DNA of 597 nucleotides from Escherichia coli (GTDB lineage Bacteria; Pseudomonadota; Gammaproteobacteria; Enterobacterales; Enterobacteriaceae): NCBI RefSeq assembly GCF_003334255.1, contig NZ_QOWU01000215.1; one strand, 5' to 3'. Shown piece by piece: positions 1 to 597 of this stretch (position 1 is its first letter; each line of letters starts with the position of its first letter). The notes under the pieces were generated by a model. It saw only the letters and a program-made list of their open reading frames with translations, ran no database searches and was not told where the DNA came from. The position numbers and the translations under genes were made by a program.

Positions 1-1
1 T

Positions 2-8
2 AAGGAGG
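2..8 (+). promoter_or_regulatory. Shine-Dalgarno sequence (AAGGAGG) for ORF1, overlapping an in-frame TAA at 1..3
   Basis: AAGGAGG at 2..8 lies 4 nt upstream of the ATG at 13..15 and is a near-perfect match to the anti-SD complement. The TAA at 1..3 is in the same frame as ORF1 and bounds its start. Confidence 0.6.
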
Positions 9-12
9 AAAT

Positions 13-264
13 ATGGGATACGGTTTACTGGATATTGCGAATCAGTCACGGCGTGAGGCATTACAGGGAATAAGTGACGCCGACAGGCGACGTGAAGAAA
101 TTGAGGCTGCTAACAAGCAGATGGCGGCGCAACAGAAAGCGCAGAACAAGCAGAATATCGGTACGGGCATTGGTACGGGGGCGGCTATGGGCGCTGCCGT
201 TGGTGGTCTCCCCGGTGCGGCTATTGGTGCTGTCATAGGTGGTCTTGCTGGCTCGTTGTTTTAA
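13..264 (+). CDS. Small glycine-zipper protein, 83 aa; predicted single C-terminal membrane helix with a charged N-terminal domain; function unknown (possibly phage or prophage encoded)
   Basis: ATG at 13 follows a strong SD and the ORF ends at TAA 262..264. The track translation ends in ...NIGTGIGTGAAMGAAVGGLPGAAIGAVIGGLAGSLF, with 12 Gly in the last 34 residues and Gly at i, i+4 from G52 to G80. The N-terminal half is rich in R/E/Q/A. Third-position codon usage is GC-biased and enterobacterial-like, consistent with real coding sequence. Confidence 0.8.
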   Translation: MGYGLLDIANQSRREALQGISDADRRREEIEAANKQMAAQQKAQNKQNIGTGIGTGAAMGAAVGGLPGAAIGAVIGGLAGSLF

Positions 265-268
265 GGAG
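263..268 (+). promoter_or_regulatory. Shine-Dalgarno sequence (AAGGAG) for ORF2, overlapping the ORF1 stop codon
   Basis: AAGGAG at 263..268 lies 6 nt upstream of the ATG at 275..277. The ORF1 stop TAA (262..264) is embedded in the SD, the classic arrangement for translational coupling. Confidence 0.65.
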
Positions 269-274
269 TGGTGA

Positions 275-597
275 ATGAGCGGATTTGCACAGGGGTTACT
301 TGCCGGATTCAGCACCGTTGACCAGGCCATGACCCGTCGTAAGGAGCTTGGTCTGCGTGAAGCACAGCTTGCTCAACAACAGAAAAATAACGAGCGCGAT
401 TTTGAATTTGCGCAGTCGCAGTTTGAGCATCGAAAGGAAAATGATCAGCGTACATATGATCTTAATGTCAAAAATGCCGATCGTGAATATGCGCTGAAAG
501 AGAGGGAACACGCCGCAGCGCAGAATTACCGGAATGCGTCGCTGGGTATGGAGCAGCAGCGACTCCGGATGCAGAAATACAACCAGCGACGGCTTGA
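275..597 (+). CDS. Partial CDS, 3' end beyond the window; Q/R/E-rich predicted alpha-helical or coiled-coil protein with an N-terminal GxxxGxxxG segment; function unknown (candidate phage structural, internal virion or ejection-type protein)
   Basis: My translation from ATG 275 is MSGFAQGLLAGFSTVDQAMTRRKELGLREAQLAQQQKNNERDFEFAQSQFEHRKENDQRTYDLNVKNADREYALKEREHAAAQNYRNASLGMEQQRLRMQKYNQRRL, 107 codons with no stop through 595. An in-frame TGA at 272..274 sits immediately upstream, so 275 is the first possible start. It has a strong SD at optimal spacing. The 107 residues contain no Pro, Ile, Cys or Trp, and include 14 Gln and 13 Arg. Confidence 0.75.
   Translation, partial: MSGFAQGLLAGFSTVDQAMTRRKELGLREAQLAQQQKNNERDFEFAQSQFEHRKENDQRTYDLNVKNADREYALKEREHAAAQNYRNASLGMEQQRLRMQKYNQRRL

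Noticed and set aside
42-236. Minus-strand ORF, 64 aa (MTAPIAAPGRPPTAAPIAAP...)
   Set aside because: It lies entirely antisense to ORF1. Its Pro/Ala-rich, low-complexity translation is the expected mirror of a Gly/Ala-rich sense gene (GGN/GCN codons read as NCC/NGC on the other strand). No SD was identified and it overlaps a better-supported + strand gene.
13-264. ORF1 as a glycine-rich secreted bacteriocin or microcin precursor
   Set aside because: Glycine-rich microcins are small and Gly/Ala-rich, but I see no recognisable double-glycine leader with a cleavage site in the first roughly 15 to 20 residues. The gene is translationally coupled into what looks like a structural-type operon rather than sitting next to immunity or export genes (none visible in the window). 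Not excluded, but unsupported.
271-273. GTG as an alternative start codon for ORF2
   Set aside because: It is out of frame with the long ORF: frame 271 reads GTG AAT GAG CGG ... and hits a TGA after about 16 codons. The ATG at 275 has better SD spacing and opens the long frame.
265-274. Intergenic region as a promoter or terminator
   Set aside because: It is only 10 nt long and mostly occupied by the SD. There is no space for -35/-10 elements, and no GC-rich hairpin followed by a T-tract.
61-330. Minus-strand ORF, 89 aa
   Set aside because: It is antisense to ORF1 and to the ORF1/ORF2 junction and overlaps both supported + strand genes. There is no convincing ribosome-binding site, and the translation shows no recognisable domain-like features. 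Most likely a shadow ORF.
383-387. A5 run (AAAAA) inside ORF2 as a possible programmed frameshift or slippage site
   Set aside because: There is no canonical slippery heptamer and no obvious downstream stimulatory structure. The zero frame stays open through the window end, so there is no need to invoke frameshifting.
296-511. Minus-strand ORF, 71 aa, starting at a GTG
   Set aside because: It is fully contained antisense within ORF2 and uses a non-ATG start with no evident SD. Its hydrophobic I/L/F-rich translation is the typical artefact of reading the reverse strand of a Q/E/K/N-rich sense gene.

Overview
This 597-bp window is almost entirely coding on the + strand and holds two tightly packed, probably translationally coupled genes. 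ORF1 (13..264, 83 aa) is complete and encodes a small protein with a charged, Q/A/R/E-rich N-terminal half and a C-terminal glycine-zipper segment (glycine at every fourth position from G52 to G80), consistent with a single membrane-inserting helix. ORF2 (275..>597, at least 107 aa) is absent from the supplied ORF track because it has no stop codon in the window; it starts with a short GxxxGxxxG amphipathic segment followed by a Q/R/E-rich, proline-free region that looks coiled-coil-like. Both genes are preceded by the same stop-inside-Shine-Dalgarno arrangement (TAAGGAG), which implies a third gene ending at nt 1..3 and a compact operon. This organisation and composition are typical of phage or prophage structural and ejection modules, but that is inference: no homology search was possible and I do not recognise either protein as a named family member. 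The three minus-strand ORFs in the track are most likely antisense artefacts. No RNA genes, CRISPR arrays, mobile-element ends, promoters or terminators can be supported from the sequence.
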